From assembly GCA_046734675.1 (NCBI GenBank), contig JBKPRU010000021.1, positions 1 through 49,424 of the forward strand: a stretch of DNA of 49,424 nucleotides, read 5' to 3'. Below, piece by piece: positions 22,412-32,894 of the stretch. Positions within the stretch are counted from its first letter, which is position 1; the number at the start of each line of letters is the position of its first letter. The stretch is from Acidobacteriota bacterium (GTDB lineage Bacteria; Acidobacteriota; Vicinamibacteria; Vicinamibacterales; 2-12-FULL-66-21). The notes beneath the pieces were generated by a model, which did no database searches, was not told the DNA's origin, and worked only from the letters and a program-made list of their open reading frames with translations. The position numbers and the translations under genes are program-made.

Positions 22412-22567
22412 CCGGGAAGCTTATCGCAGGCGGCGCTAACTCTCACAGCCTGTACGCTTTCGCTCCCGTCGCCGGCTGAAACATTCGTCCCCGCCCGAGC
22501 GTATTAGCGTGGTAATATCGTTCGTTCCCGACCAGTTTCTGCCACCGCTCTCAAGGCGACATCTCTT

Positions 22568-23302
22568 ATGACGAACATGGCTACCGCGGCCGGGCCGGCG
22601 GCTGCGCCCAAGGCGCTGCCCGCACGCCTGATCGGCATCCTGATTTCCCCGAAGGACACCTTCCGATCCGTCGTCGCCAACCCCAAATGGTTCGGCGCGC
22701 TCGCAGTGACGACGCTGATGGTCGCGCTGTTCACGGCGTTGCCGATGACCACCGACGCGGGACGCCAGGCGACGCTCGATCAGCAGGTCAGCCAGATGAA
22801 GTCGTTCGGCTTCGACGTGACCGACCAGATGTACGAGCAGATGGAGCGCGGCGCGGCGCGGCTGCCCTACACCACGGCCGCGGGCGTGCTCGTCGTATCG
22901 CCAATCATGGCGGTCATCATCGCCGGAATCCTGTTCGCTGTCTTCAACGCCGCGATGGGCGGCGAGGCGTCGTTCAAACAGGTGTTTGCCGTGCAGGCCC
23001 ACTCCGGCGCGGTCTCGGCGCTCTCCGCCGTTTTCTCCGGCACGATTAACTACCTGCGCGGTGGTGTGGGCAGCATCGCCAACCTCGGCGCGCTGCTGCC
23101 GATGCTGCCGGAAGATTCGTTCGCCGGGCACCTGCTCGGCGCGGTTGACGTGTTCCTCGTCTGGTGGCTGGTGGTGCTCGCGATCGGGCTCGGCGTCCTC
23201 TATCGCCGCCGCACGCAGCCGATTGCCATGGCGCTGCTCGGCGTATACGCGGTGATTGCGGTGGTCATCGCGTTGTTCAAGAGCCGCATGGGGGGCGCAT
23301 GA
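22568..23302 (+). CDS. Yip1-domain membrane protein
   Basis: 244 aa. LIGILISPKDTFRSVVANPKWFGALAVTTLMVALF followed by 4-5 TM helices. Its stop overlaps the next gene's start (ATGA). Confidence 0.65.
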   Translation: MTNMATAAGPAAAPKALPARLIGILISPKDTFRSVVANPKWFGALAVTTLMVALFTALPMTTDAGRQATLDQQVSQMKSFGFDVTDQMYEQMERGAARLPYTTAAGVLVVSPIMAVIIAGILFAVFNAAMGGEASFKQVFAVQAHSGAVSALSAVFSGTINYLRGGVGSIANLGALLPMLPEDSFAGHLLGAVDVFLVWWLVVLAIGLGVLYRRRTQPIAMALLGVYAVIAVVIALFKSRMGGA

Positions 23303-24636
23303 CGCGCGGAAAGAAGATTCTGATCGGGGTGGGCATCGTCGTGATTCTCGGCGCGCTCGCCTTCGCAAACATCAAGTTCAAGCGCCAGGAAGGGACGGTC
23401 GTCAACGTCGAGACCGTGCAGAAGCGCGATCTCCAGGCGATCGTCTCCGCGTCGGGCAAGATCCAGCCGCAGCGGCTCGTCAACATCAGCGCCGACACGA
23501 TGGGCCGGGTCACCAACCTTGCGGTTGAAGAAGGCCAGCGCGTGCAGAAGGGGGAGTTCCTCCTGCAGATCGATCCGCGCAACCTGACGAGCATGTACAA
23601 CCAGACGCAGGCGTCGCTCGCGGCGGCGCGCTCGCAGATGGAACAGCTGCGCGTCTCGTCCGAGAGCGCGAAGGCGGCGCTGAAGCAGGCGCAGGACGCT
23701 TTCACGCGCCAGCAGCAGTTGTGGAAGCAGGGCCTGACGACGAGAGAGTCGCTGGACAGCGCCGAGAACACGTTGAAGATGCGCCAGGCCGACGCGAACG
23801 CCGCCGAGCGCCAGATCGAGACGCAGCGTCTGCGGATGCAGCAGGAAGAAGCCTCGCTCGACAACGCGCGCTACAATTTGAGCAAGGTCCGCATCGAGTC
23901 GCCGATCACCGGCATCATTACGCGGCGCAACATCGAGGAAGGGGAAACCGTCGTCGTCGGCACGATGAACAACGCCGGGACGGTGCTCCTGACGGTCGCG
24001 GACATGTCGGTCATCGAGGCGGAAGTCGAGGTCGACGAGACCGATATCCCGAGCGTGCAGCTCGGACAGAAAGCCAAGATCACGATCGACGCGATGCCGG
24101 GCAAGACCTTCTCGGGCAAGGTCACCGAGATCGGCAACAGCCCGATCCAGGCAACGGCCAGCGCCTCGACGCAGGCGACCAACTTCAAGGTCAAGGTCAC
24201 GGTCGACGGCGAGATCCCCGAGGTGCGTCCCGGCTTCACCTGCACCGCGGAGATCACCACCGCGACGCGCAAGCAGGTCGTGTCGGTTCCCATCCAGGCG
24301 ACCACGGTTCGCGAGATGGTGGTCGACAAGGACGGCAAGATCATCCGCGAGCCGCGCAACGACAAGCGTCCGAGCCGCACCAGCGTGCAGGCATCCGAGC
24401 TGAAGCCGGGCCAGGAGCGCAAGGAGCTCGAGGGCGTGTTCGTCGTGCGCGACAACCGTGCCGAGTTCGCGGCTGTGAAGACCGGCATCGCCGGCGAGAA
24501 ATACTTCGAAGTCGTCAACGGGCTCAAGGAAGGCGACCAGGTCATCGTCGGGCCGTTCAGCTCGGTGCGTGAGCTCGCCGACGGCACGACCGTGAAGATC
24601 GAGGCGGCCAAACGGTCACCGACGGCCAAGACCTGA
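23299..24636 (+). CDS. periplasmic adaptor (HlyD/MacA-type membrane fusion protein)
   Basis: MTRGKKILIGVGIVVILGAL anchor, a coiled-coil segment, ...VRIESPITGIITRRNIEEGE, and a C-terminal beta-barrel-like region. Confidence 0.88.
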   Translation: MTRGKKILIGVGIVVILGALAFANIKFKRQEGTVVNVETVQKRDLQAIVSASGKIQPQRLVNISADTMGRVTNLAVEEGQRVQKGEFLLQIDPRNLTSMYNQTQASLAAARSQMEQLRVSSESAKAALKQAQDAFTRQQQLWKQGLTTRESLDSAENTLKMRQADANAAERQIETQRLRMQQEEASLDNARYNLSKVRIESPITGIITRRNIEEGETVVVGTMNNAGTVLLTVADMSVIEAEVEVDETDIPSVQLGQKAKITIDAMPGKTFSGKVTEIGNSPIQATASASTQATNFKVKVTVDGEIPEVRPGFTCTAEITTATRKQVVSVPIQATTVREMVVDKDGKIIREPRNDKRPSRTSVQASELKPGQERKELEGVFVVRDNRAEFAAVKTGIAGEKYFEVVNGLKEGDQVIVGPFSSVRELADGTTVKIEAAKRSPTAKT

Positions 24637-24815
24637 AGCGCTGCGCGGCGCGAGGCTACGGAGTGGGTCTCGTAGCATTCGAAGGCCGCCGCGAAGCGGC
24701 GGAAAGCCCCGACCCTTCGACAGGCTCAGGGTCGTCCCGAGCGACGTCGAGAGACGAAGGGCGTCGCGCGAAGCGCGTCAAGCGCGTGGGGGTGGGGCCC
24801 CACGCGCACTGAAAA
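24637..24815 (+). repeat. Family A element, copy A4 (long form; on the plus strand, i.e. again sense to the flanking genes)
   Basis: GCCGCCGCGAAGCGGCGG at 24686-24703, CGCGCGAAGCGCG, core hairpin at 24782-24807, then ACTGAAAA and the ATG at 24816. Confidence 0.9.
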
Positions 24816-26042
<1,227 letters not shown>

Positions 26043-26044
26043 TC

Positions 26045-27349
26045 ATGGCGGTACGCACGGGGCTGCTCTCGGAGATCGTCGTGATGGCGCTCGACACGCT
26101 GCGCGCCAGCAAGATGCGCTCGGCGCTGACGGTGCTCGGCGTGGTCATCGGCATCACCTCGATCGTCGGCATGACGTCGCTCATCCGCGGCTTCGACGAG
26201 TCGCTCCGCGACTCGATCCGCGAGCTCGGGCCGAACACGCTGATCGTGCAGAAGTGGGGCGCGCTGAGCTTCCTCGGCGGCAAGAGCTTCCTCGAGGTGG
26301 CGCGCCGTCCGAACCTGACGATGGAAGACGCGCGGGCGATCGAGCGCGAATGCCCGTCGGTCGCGCTCGTCGACGTGTGGCTGGGCGCGATGGGCACGAG
26401 CCAGTCGCGCATCTACTTCGGCCACGAGAAGACCAAGCAGCTCGCGATCATCGGCGCCACCGAAAACTGGTCGGCGATCAATTTCGCGAAGCTGGAGGCG
26501 GGCCGCCTCTTCATCCCCGCCGAAGTGGAGCATCGGCGCCAGGTGGTGGTCCTCGGCAACACGCCGTGGCAGTCGCTGTTCCCGAACATCGATCCAATCG
26601 GCAAGACCGTCCGGATCGGCTCCTCGCAGTTCACCGTGATTGGCGTGCTCGGCAAGCGGCCGTCACCGGGGGGCTTCAGCGCCGGTCAGGACGACTACGC
26701 GGTCATCCCCTACGGGACGCACGAGAAGATGTTCGGCAAGGTGCTGAAGGGATCCGCGCGGATCACCGCCAGCAGCTTCAACCCGGCGGTGTTCCGCACG
26801 GCCATGATTGCGGTCGTGCCGCGCGACGGCATGCGCGACTCGGCGATCGAAGAAGTCCAGGCGCTTATGCGCATCCGCCACAATCTGAAGCTCGAAGAAC
26901 CGGACGACTTCGACCTGGCGACGCAGGACGCGGTCCTGAAGGTGTGGGACAAGTTCAGCCAGGCCACCTTCCTCGCGCTGGTCGTCATCTCCTCGATCGC
27001 GCTGATGGTCGGCGGCATCGGGGTCATGGCGATCATGATGATCGCGGTCACCGAGCGCACGCGCGAGATCGGCGTGCGTAAGGCGCTCGGCGCGCGCCGC
27101 CGCGAGATCCTCTGGCAGTTCCTCGTCGAGGCGGTCTTCCTCACGTCCGCCGGCGGCCTGCTCGGCATCCTCTTCGGCAGCGGCATCGGGCTCACCGTCC
27201 ACGCGGTCTCCGGGTTCCCGGTCTCGCTCCCCTGGTGGTCGTTCGCGATCGGCATCGGGTTCTCCGCGGGCGTCGGCATCTTCTTCGGGTTGTTCCCGGC
27301 GTTCAAAGCGTCGCGGTTAGATCCTATCGAGGCGCTGAGATACGAGTAG
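26045..27349 (+). CDS. MacB-type ABC transporter permease, second paralogue
   Basis: MAVRTGLLSEIVVMALDTLRASKMRSALTVLGVVIGITSIV..., TREIGVRKALGARRREILWQ, ...FPAFKASRLDPIEALRYE. Confidence 0.9.
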   Translation: MAVRTGLLSEIVVMALDTLRASKMRSALTVLGVVIGITSIVGMTSLIRGFDESLRDSIRELGPNTLIVQKWGALSFLGGKSFLEVARRPNLTMEDARAIERECPSVALVDVWLGAMGTSQSRIYFGHEKTKQLAIIGATENWSAINFAKLEAGRLFIPAEVEHRRQVVVLGNTPWQSLFPNIDPIGKTVRIGSSQFTVIGVLGKRPSPGGFSAGQDDYAVIPYGTHEKMFGKVLKGSARITASSFNPAVFRTAMIAVVPRDGMRDSAIEEVQALMRIRHNLKLEEPDDFDLATQDAVLKVWDKFSQATFLALVVISSIALMVGGIGVMAIMMIAVTERTREIGVRKALGARRREILWQFLVEAVFLTSAGGLLGILFGSGIGLTVHAVSGFPVSLPWWSFAIGIGFSAGVGIFFGLFPAFKASRLDPIEALRYE

Positions 27350-27364
27350 CGACGGCAGTGCATT

Positions 27365-28049
27365 GACGAGGACGGAGAGAGCGGAGAGGACGGAGAGGAC
27401 GGCTTCCTAGTCGTCCGAGTCGTCGTTCGGCTCGTCAGGTGCAAATGGCGGCGTGCCATGCGGAAAATTGTTTACTCGCCTCAGAATGCCGTCGGCCAAT
27501 CTCATCGCGCCAAAATTGAGAACGTATCCCGGCGGCAAGCCGGTCAGCCTGAGATACGTTCGAAGCTGCCGCTCCTCCATCGGACCGATCCTGGCGATCG
27601 CTTTCAGTGCGACGACGACGCATCCTTCGACAATGTAGTCGGCAACGGACGCGGGCTGCCCCGTGATCTCTTCGTACTGCAGGGGGATTGCGACCTGCTT
27701 ACAGTACGCCAAACCGAGCTTTCGGAGCTCGTACGCAAAACACGGGGAGTATGCACTCTCGAAACAGCCGGTGCCGACCTTTCGATGCACGGTGATGCCG
27801 GCGCCAACGATGCCGTGAGCAACGCGGTCCAATTCCTGCGCGGAAGGCATGCGCCACCAATCGCATAATTAGTGCCGCGGCGGATTGTTGATGTTCTGTG
27901 AACATCGCCGAAGGCGCGCAGTTATTGCCCAAGAATTCGGCGGCACGGTGTGAGCAAGACTGCGCGCTGAGAAGCACACCGCCCGCAGCATCCGTGACCA
28001 AAATTGAAGCCGGTCTCTCCGAGGTCTCCGTGCTCTCCGTGTTCGTGAG
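27365..28049. mobile_element. small gene cassette bounded by imperfect inverted simple-repeat arms (ACGGAGAG-type), carrying the GxxExxY gene
   Basis: Left arm GACGAGGACGGAGAGAGCGGAGAGGACGGAGAGGACGG (27365-27402). The reverse complement of the right arm is CTCACGAACACGGAGAGCACGGAGACCTCGGAGAGACCGG (28010-28049). The interior is visibly less GC-rich and is on the opposite strand to both neighbours. Confidence 0.45.
27407..27850 (-). CDS. GxxExxY protein (PD-(D/E)XK nuclease superfamily)
   Basis: 147 aa. The motif GCFESAY sits inside ...ITVHRKVGTGCFESAYSPCFAYELRKLGL..., ...DYIVEGCVVVALKA... Confidence 0.8.
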   Translation of the reverse strand: MPSAQELDRVAHGIVGAGITVHRKVGTGCFESAYSPCFAYELRKLGLAYCKQVAIPLQYEEITGQPASVADYIVEGCVVVALKAIARIGPMEERQLRTYLRLTGLPPGYVLNFGAMRLADGILRRVNNFPHGTPPFAPDEPNDDSDD

Positions 28050-28093
28050 CTCACTGGCAGCCGGATTTGAGTAGCTGTGGTAACGTCCCGCAC

Positions 28094-30421
28094 ATGCCAC
28101 GCCGCGTCTACACTCTTTCATTGATGATGGCCGCGGGTCTGGCGCTCTCCGCGCAGCAATCACCTCTCTACAAAGATCCCTCGCTGCCCGTGGAGCGGCG
28201 TGTCGCCGATCTGCTCGCGCGCATGACGCTCGAGGAGAAAGTGGCGCAGACGCTGGCGGTGTGGCAGCAGAAGCGCGCGCTGGTGGACGCGAGCGGTAGG
28301 TTCGATCCCGCGAAGGCGCAGGCGATCCTGCAGCATGGGATCGGACAGATCACCCGACCCAGTGACGGCGTGGATCGCGGCGGCAAGCGCCGATCGCCGC
28401 GCGAGACGGTGGAGTTCGTCAACGCCATCCAGAAATGGGTGATCGAGAACACGCGGCTCGGGATCCCCGTGATGTTCCATGAAGAAGCGCTGCACGGCCT
28501 CGCGGCGGTGAAGGGCACGCATTTTCCCGCGGCGATTGGGCTCGCGAGCACGTGGGATCCCGCGCTCGTCGAGCGCGTGTTCACGGTCGCGGCGCGTGAA
28601 GCGCGGGCGCGGGGCGCGCAGCAGGTGCTCTCACCCGTGCTCGATCTCGCGCGCGATCCCCGCTGGGGACGCACCGAGGAGACCTACGGCGAGGATCCGC
28701 ATCTCGCATCCGAAATCGGGCTGGCCGCGATTCGCGGCTATCAGGGCCCGATGCCGGCGCTCACGCCCGGCCATGTGTTCGCGACCGCGAAGCACTACGC
28801 TGCGCACGGTCCGAATGAAGGTGGTATCAACACCGCGCCGACGCCCGTGCCCGAGCGCGAGCTGCGTGAAGCGCTGCTGTGGCCGTTCGAGCGCGCGATC
28901 GTGGAAGGACACATCGCGTCGGTGATGCCGTCGTACAACGAAATCGACGGCGTCCCCTCGACGGCGAGCCCGTTCCTCCTCGATCGCGTGCTGCGGCAGG
29001 AGTGGGGCTTCGTCGGATCGGTCGTGTCCGATTACAACGCGATCGAGCAGCTCACGGATCGGCATCACGTCGCCGCCTCCATGGCGGAAGCGGCGAAGCT
29101 GGCCCTCACCGCCGGCGTCGATCTCGAGCTTCCCGACAAGCGCGCCTATGCCACGCTCGCCGACGAGATCCGCGCCGGGCGCATCGATCAACAGGCGCTC
29201 GATCGCGCCGTCGCGCGCAGCCTGCGTCTGAAGTTCCTCGCCGGCCTGTTCGAGCACCCGTATGCGGACGCCGACGAAGCCGAACGCGTCACCAACACCC
29301 CGGATGCCCAGGCGCTCGCGCTCGATGCGGCACGCAAATCGCTGATCCTCCTGAAGAACACCGGCGTGCTGCCGCTCGATCGCGCCCGCCTTCGAACGCT
29401 CGCCGTCATCGGACCGAACGCCGCTGACGTGCATCTCGGCGGCTACAGTGAAGATCCCGGCCGCGGCACGAGCATCCTGCAGGGCATCAAGGACAAGGCG
29501 GCGGGCGCGATCAAGATCATGTACGCCGAAGGCACGCGCATCACCGAGGAGCCGCCCAACTGGAGTCGCGACGAGGTGGTCGCGGGCGATCCGGTGAAGA
29601 ACGCGCCGCGCATTGCCGAGGCCGTGCGCGTGGCCCGCGGCGCCGACGCAATCGTCGCGGTCATCGGCACGAACGAATCGACGTCGCGCGAAGCATGGGC
29701 GGACACACACCTGGGCGACGCGGCGACGCTCGACTTGACCGGACAACAGGACGAGCTCGTGCGCGAGCTCGCGGCGACGGGCAAGCCGCTCGTCGTCGTG
29801 CTGGTGAACGGACGCCCGCTCGCCATCGGCGAGGTCGCGAATCGCGCGGCCGCCGTGCTCGAGACGTGGTATTCGGGACAGGAGGGCGGCACCGCCGTCG
29901 CCGAGTCCTTGTTCGGCGACGTGAACCCTGGCGGGAAGCTGCCGATCAGCGTGCCGCGCACGGTCGGTCAGATCCCCGTCTACTACAACCGCAAGCCGAC
30001 GTCGTTCAGGAACTACCTGTTCGAATCCCGCGCGCCGCTCTTCCCCTTCGGCCACGGTCTCAGCTACACCACGTTCAAACTCGACGATCTGAAGCTCGCC
30101 GATCGCGAAATCGGTCCCGCCGGCCGCACCAGCGTGAGCGTGCGCGTGACAAACACGGGCACTCGCGCCGGCGACGAAGTCGTCCAGCTCTACGTCCACG
30201 ACCTCGTCGCGTCGGTGACGCGTCCCGTCAAGCAGCTGCGCGGCTTCGCGCGGGTATCGCTGCAGCCCGGGGAATCGACGACCGTGACGCTCCCGATCGG
30301 TCCGGAGGCGCTGTGGCTCATCGACGCCAACATGCAGCGCCGCGTCGAGCCCGGCGACTTCGACATCCTCGTCGGCACCAGTTCGGAGACGACACTGAAG
30401 GTACTCTTGACGGTGAAATGA
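28094..30421 (+). CDS. bglX: glycoside hydrolase family 3 beta-glucosidase (periplasmic)
   Basis: Signal peptide MPRRVYTLSLMMAAGLALSAQQ, then ...GIPVMFHEEALHG..., ARDPRWGRTEETYGEDP, GFVGSVVSDY, and a C-terminal Fn3-like domain. ATG 28094 is preferred over the TTG at 28067. Confidence 0.9.
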   Translation: MPRRVYTLSLMMAAGLALSAQQSPLYKDPSLPVERRVADLLARMTLEEKVAQTLAVWQQKRALVDASGRFDPAKAQAILQHGIGQITRPSDGVDRGGKRRSPRETVEFVNAIQKWVIENTRLGIPVMFHEEALHGLAAVKGTHFPAAIGLASTWDPALVERVFTVAAREARARGAQQVLSPVLDLARDPRWGRTEETYGEDPHLASEIGLAAIRGYQGPMPALTPGHVFATAKHYAAHGPNEGGINTAPTPVPERELREALLWPFERAIVEGHIASVMPSYNEIDGVPSTASPFLLDRVLRQEWGFVGSVVSDYNAIEQLTDRHHVAASMAEAAKLALTAGVDLELPDKRAYATLADEIRAGRIDQQALDRAVARSLRLKFLAGLFEHPYADADEAERVTNTPDAQALALDAARKSLILLKNTGVLPLDRARLRTLAVIGPNAADVHLGGYSEDPGRGTSILQGIKDKAAGAIKIMYAEGTRITEEPPNWSRDEVVAGDPVKNAPRIAEAVRVARGADAIVAVIGTNESTSREAWADTHLGDAATLDLTGQQDELVRELAATGKPLVVVLVNGRPLAIGEVANRAAAVLETWYSGQEGGTAVAESLFGDVNPGGKLPISVPRTVGQIPVYYNRKPTSFRNYLFESRAPLFPFGHGLSYTTFKLDDLKLADREIGPAGRTSVSVRVTNTGTRAGDEVVQLYVHDLVASVTRPVKQLRGFARVSLQPGESTTVTLPIGPEALWLIDANMQRRVEPGDFDILVGTSSETTLKVLLTVK

Positions 30422-30547
30422 TCCGGTGTGCGCAGTTGCTCGCACTCACACGCTAGCAGGGCTGCCCGGCGTGAGTCGGCGTGGCCTGCTTGTATCTAAT
30501 GTGCCGCCGCACTACGATGGCCGTCTTACAGCGGAGGGTACCCGCCT

Positions 30548-32647
30548 ATGAAGGTCTACGATGCCGCCAGCATCAGGAACGTGGCTGTGGTCGGCCACTC
30601 CGGGTCTGGCAAGACGCAGCTCGTGTCCACCCTGCTCTTCGACGCGGGGGCGGTCAACCGCCTCGGCCGCGTCGATGAAGGCACCACGGTCACCGATTAC
30701 GACGAAGAAGAAATCGCCCGCAAGCACACCCTCTCCGCCAGCCTCGCCTACGCCGAGTGGAACAAGCACAAGATCAACATCATCGATACGCCCGGGATGG
30801 CCAACTTCCTGAGCGATGCGCGCGCCGCGCTGCGCGTCGCCGATGCGGCGCTCGTGGTCGTCGATTCGGTGGCCGGTGTCGAAGTCTCCACGGAGAAGGT
30901 CTGGGAGGCGGCGGCTGAAATCGGGGTCCCGCGTCTCATCGTGCTCAACCGGCTCGACCGCGAGCGGGCCAGCCTCGAGCGCTCCCTCGAATCGCTCCGA
31001 TCCGTCTTCGGCCGCACCGTCATTCCCATCCAGCTGCCGATTGGGGAAGAAAAAAACTTCAAGGGCGTCGTCGATCTGGTGACGATGCGCGCGTGGACGT
31101 ATCCGGCCGACGGCAGCGGCAAAGGGACGGAAGGGGATGTCCCCGCCGATCTGACCGGCGCCGCCGAAACCGCGCGCGAAGCGCTCATCGAGATGGTCGC
31201 GGAAGCCGACGATGCGTTGATGGAGAAGTTCTTCGATGCGGGCACGCTGACGCAGGAGGAGCTGAGCGGCGGCTTGAAGCGCGCGATTGCCGCGGCCCGC
31301 GTGTTCCCGGTGCTGTGCGCGTCGGCCACCACCAACATCGGCATGCAGCCAATCCTCGAGGCGATCCTCGCCTACGTGCCATCGCCGGTCGAGCGTCCGC
31401 TGAAGGCGCGCACCGCCGAAGGTGAGGACGTCGACGTCGCGACGCGCGAATCGGGGCCGGCGGCCGCGTTCGTGTGGAAGACGGTGGCGGATCCCTTCGC
31501 GGGCCGCATCACGATGTTCCGCGTGCTGTCGGGATCAGTAAAGGCGGATTCAACGCTGCAGAACCTCTCTAAGGATCTGCAGGAGCGGCTCGGGCACGTC
31601 GTGCTGCTGCAGGGCAAGAACCAGTCGGCGGTCCCGGAAGTCCGCGCCGGCGACATCGGCGCCGTGGCAAAGCTGAAGGAAACGCAGACGAGCGACACCA
31701 TCGGCGACGCGAAGGCGCTCGACGTGAAGATCCCGCCGATCAAGTTCCCCGAGCCGGTGATCTCGTACGCGATCGAGCCGAAGAGCCGCGGCGACGAAGA
31801 GAAGATCAGCACGGCCCTCCACCGCCTGCAGGAAGAGGATCCGACGATCAGCTACAACCGCGATCAGCAGACGAAGGAGCTGCTGCTCGCCGGCCAGGGA
31901 CAGTCGCACATCGAGGTGACGGTCGCGAAGTTGAAGCGCCGCTTCGGCGTCGAGGTCACGCTGCGGCCGCCGCGCATTCCCTATCGCGAGACCATCACGC
32001 TCGCGACCGAGGCGCACGGGCGCCACAAGAAGCAGACCGGCGGCCACGGCCAGTTCGGCGACTGCAAGGTCAAGTTCGAGCCGTTGCCGCGCGGCAGCGA
32101 CTTCGAGTTCGTGGACGACATCTTCGGCGGGTCGATCCCGCGCCAGTTCATTCCCGCGGTCGAGAAGGGGATTCAGGATGCACGGCTGCGCGGCTTCCTC
32201 GCCGGCTATCCGATGGTCGACTTCCGCGCCACCGTGTTCGACGGATCGTTCCACGCCGTCGACTCGAACGAACTGTCGTTCAAGATGGCGGGCTCGCTCG
32301 CGTTCAAGGACGGGATGTCACGCGCCCGCCCGACGCTGCTCGAGCCGGTGATGAACGTCGAGGTGTATGCGCCGAGCGACTACGCCGGCGACCTGATGGG
32401 AGATCTCAACAGCCGGCGCGGCCGCATCGGCGGCATGGACACGCGCGGCGCCATGACCATCATCCGCGCCAAGGTGCCGATGGCGGAGATGCTGACCTAC
32501 GAGCAGCACCTCACGTCGGCGACCGGCGGCCGCGGCTCGTATCACATGGAGTTCTCGCACTACGAGGAGGTGCCGAATCACCTCCACGGGAAGATCATCG
32601 CGGCATCGAAGGCCGAACGCGGCGCCGAAGCGACCGAAGAGGTGTAA
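30548..32647 (+). CDS. elongation factor G paralogue (EF-G2-like translational GTPase)
   Basis: IRNVAVVGHSGSGKTQL (G1), DTPGMANF (G3), NRLDRE (G4), followed by EF-G domains II-V. Confidence 0.85.
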   Translation: MKVYDAASIRNVAVVGHSGSGKTQLVSTLLFDAGAVNRLGRVDEGTTVTDYDEEEIARKHTLSASLAYAEWNKHKINIIDTPGMANFLSDARAALRVADAALVVVDSVAGVEVSTEKVWEAAAEIGVPRLIVLNRLDRERASLERSLESLRSVFGRTVIPIQLPIGEEKNFKGVVDLVTMRAWTYPADGSGKGTEGDVPADLTGAAETAREALIEMVAEADDALMEKFFDAGTLTQEELSGGLKRAIAAARVFPVLCASATTNIGMQPILEAILAYVPSPVERPLKARTAEGEDVDVATRESGPAAAFVWKTVADPFAGRITMFRVLSGSVKADSTLQNLSKDLQERLGHVVLLQGKNQSAVPEVRAGDIGAVAKLKETQTSDTIGDAKALDVKIPPIKFPEPVISYAIEPKSRGDEEKISTALHRLQEEDPTISYNRDQQTKELLLAGQGQSHIEVTVAKLKRRFGVEVTLRPPRIPYRETITLATEAHGRHKKQTGGHGQFGDCKVKFEPLPRGSDFEFVDDIFGGSIPRQFIPAVEKGIQDARLRGFLAGYPMVDFRATVFDGSFHAVDSNELSFKMAGSLAFKDGMSRARPTLLEPVMNVEVYAPSDYAGDLMGDLNSRRGRIGGMDTRGAMTIIRAKVPMAEMLTYEQHLTSATGGRGSYHMEFSHYEEVPNHLHGKIIAASKAERGAEATEEV

Positions 32648-32650
32648 CGG

Positions 32651-32894
32651 TTGTCAATGCCGAATGCCGGACACTGACGCTTGTCAATGCCGGAGGCTGA
32701 GGCTTGTCAATGCCGAATGCCGGACACTGACGCTTGTCAATGCCGGAGGCTGAGGCTTGTCACTGCCGAATGCCGGCGCTGACGATTGTCAATGGCGAAG
32801 GTCGAAGGCCAATCGCTTGGGGATTCCGGCATTTGGCACTGACGTTTGCCGTTCGGCATTGACAAGTGTCACACCCGGCATTTGGCATTGACAC
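32651..32894. repeat. Family D repeat hairpin: 53-nt unit (TTGTCAATGCCGAATGCCGGACACTGACGC + TTGTCAATGCCGGAGGCTGAGGC) x about 3, followed by the complementary arm
   Basis: Direct units begin at 32651, 32704 and 32757. The right arm (32826-32894) contains GGCATTTGGCA..., CGGCATTGACAAG and GGCATTTGGCATTGACA, complementary to the units. It fills the spacer between two convergent genes. Confidence 0.9.

Noticed and set aside
22412-22567. Possible sigma70 promoter (TGGTAATAT near 22510-22518) in the divergent OMP/Yip1 spacer.
   Set aside because: Only the extended -10 looks reasonable. I could not find a convincing -35, so I do not report it as a feature.
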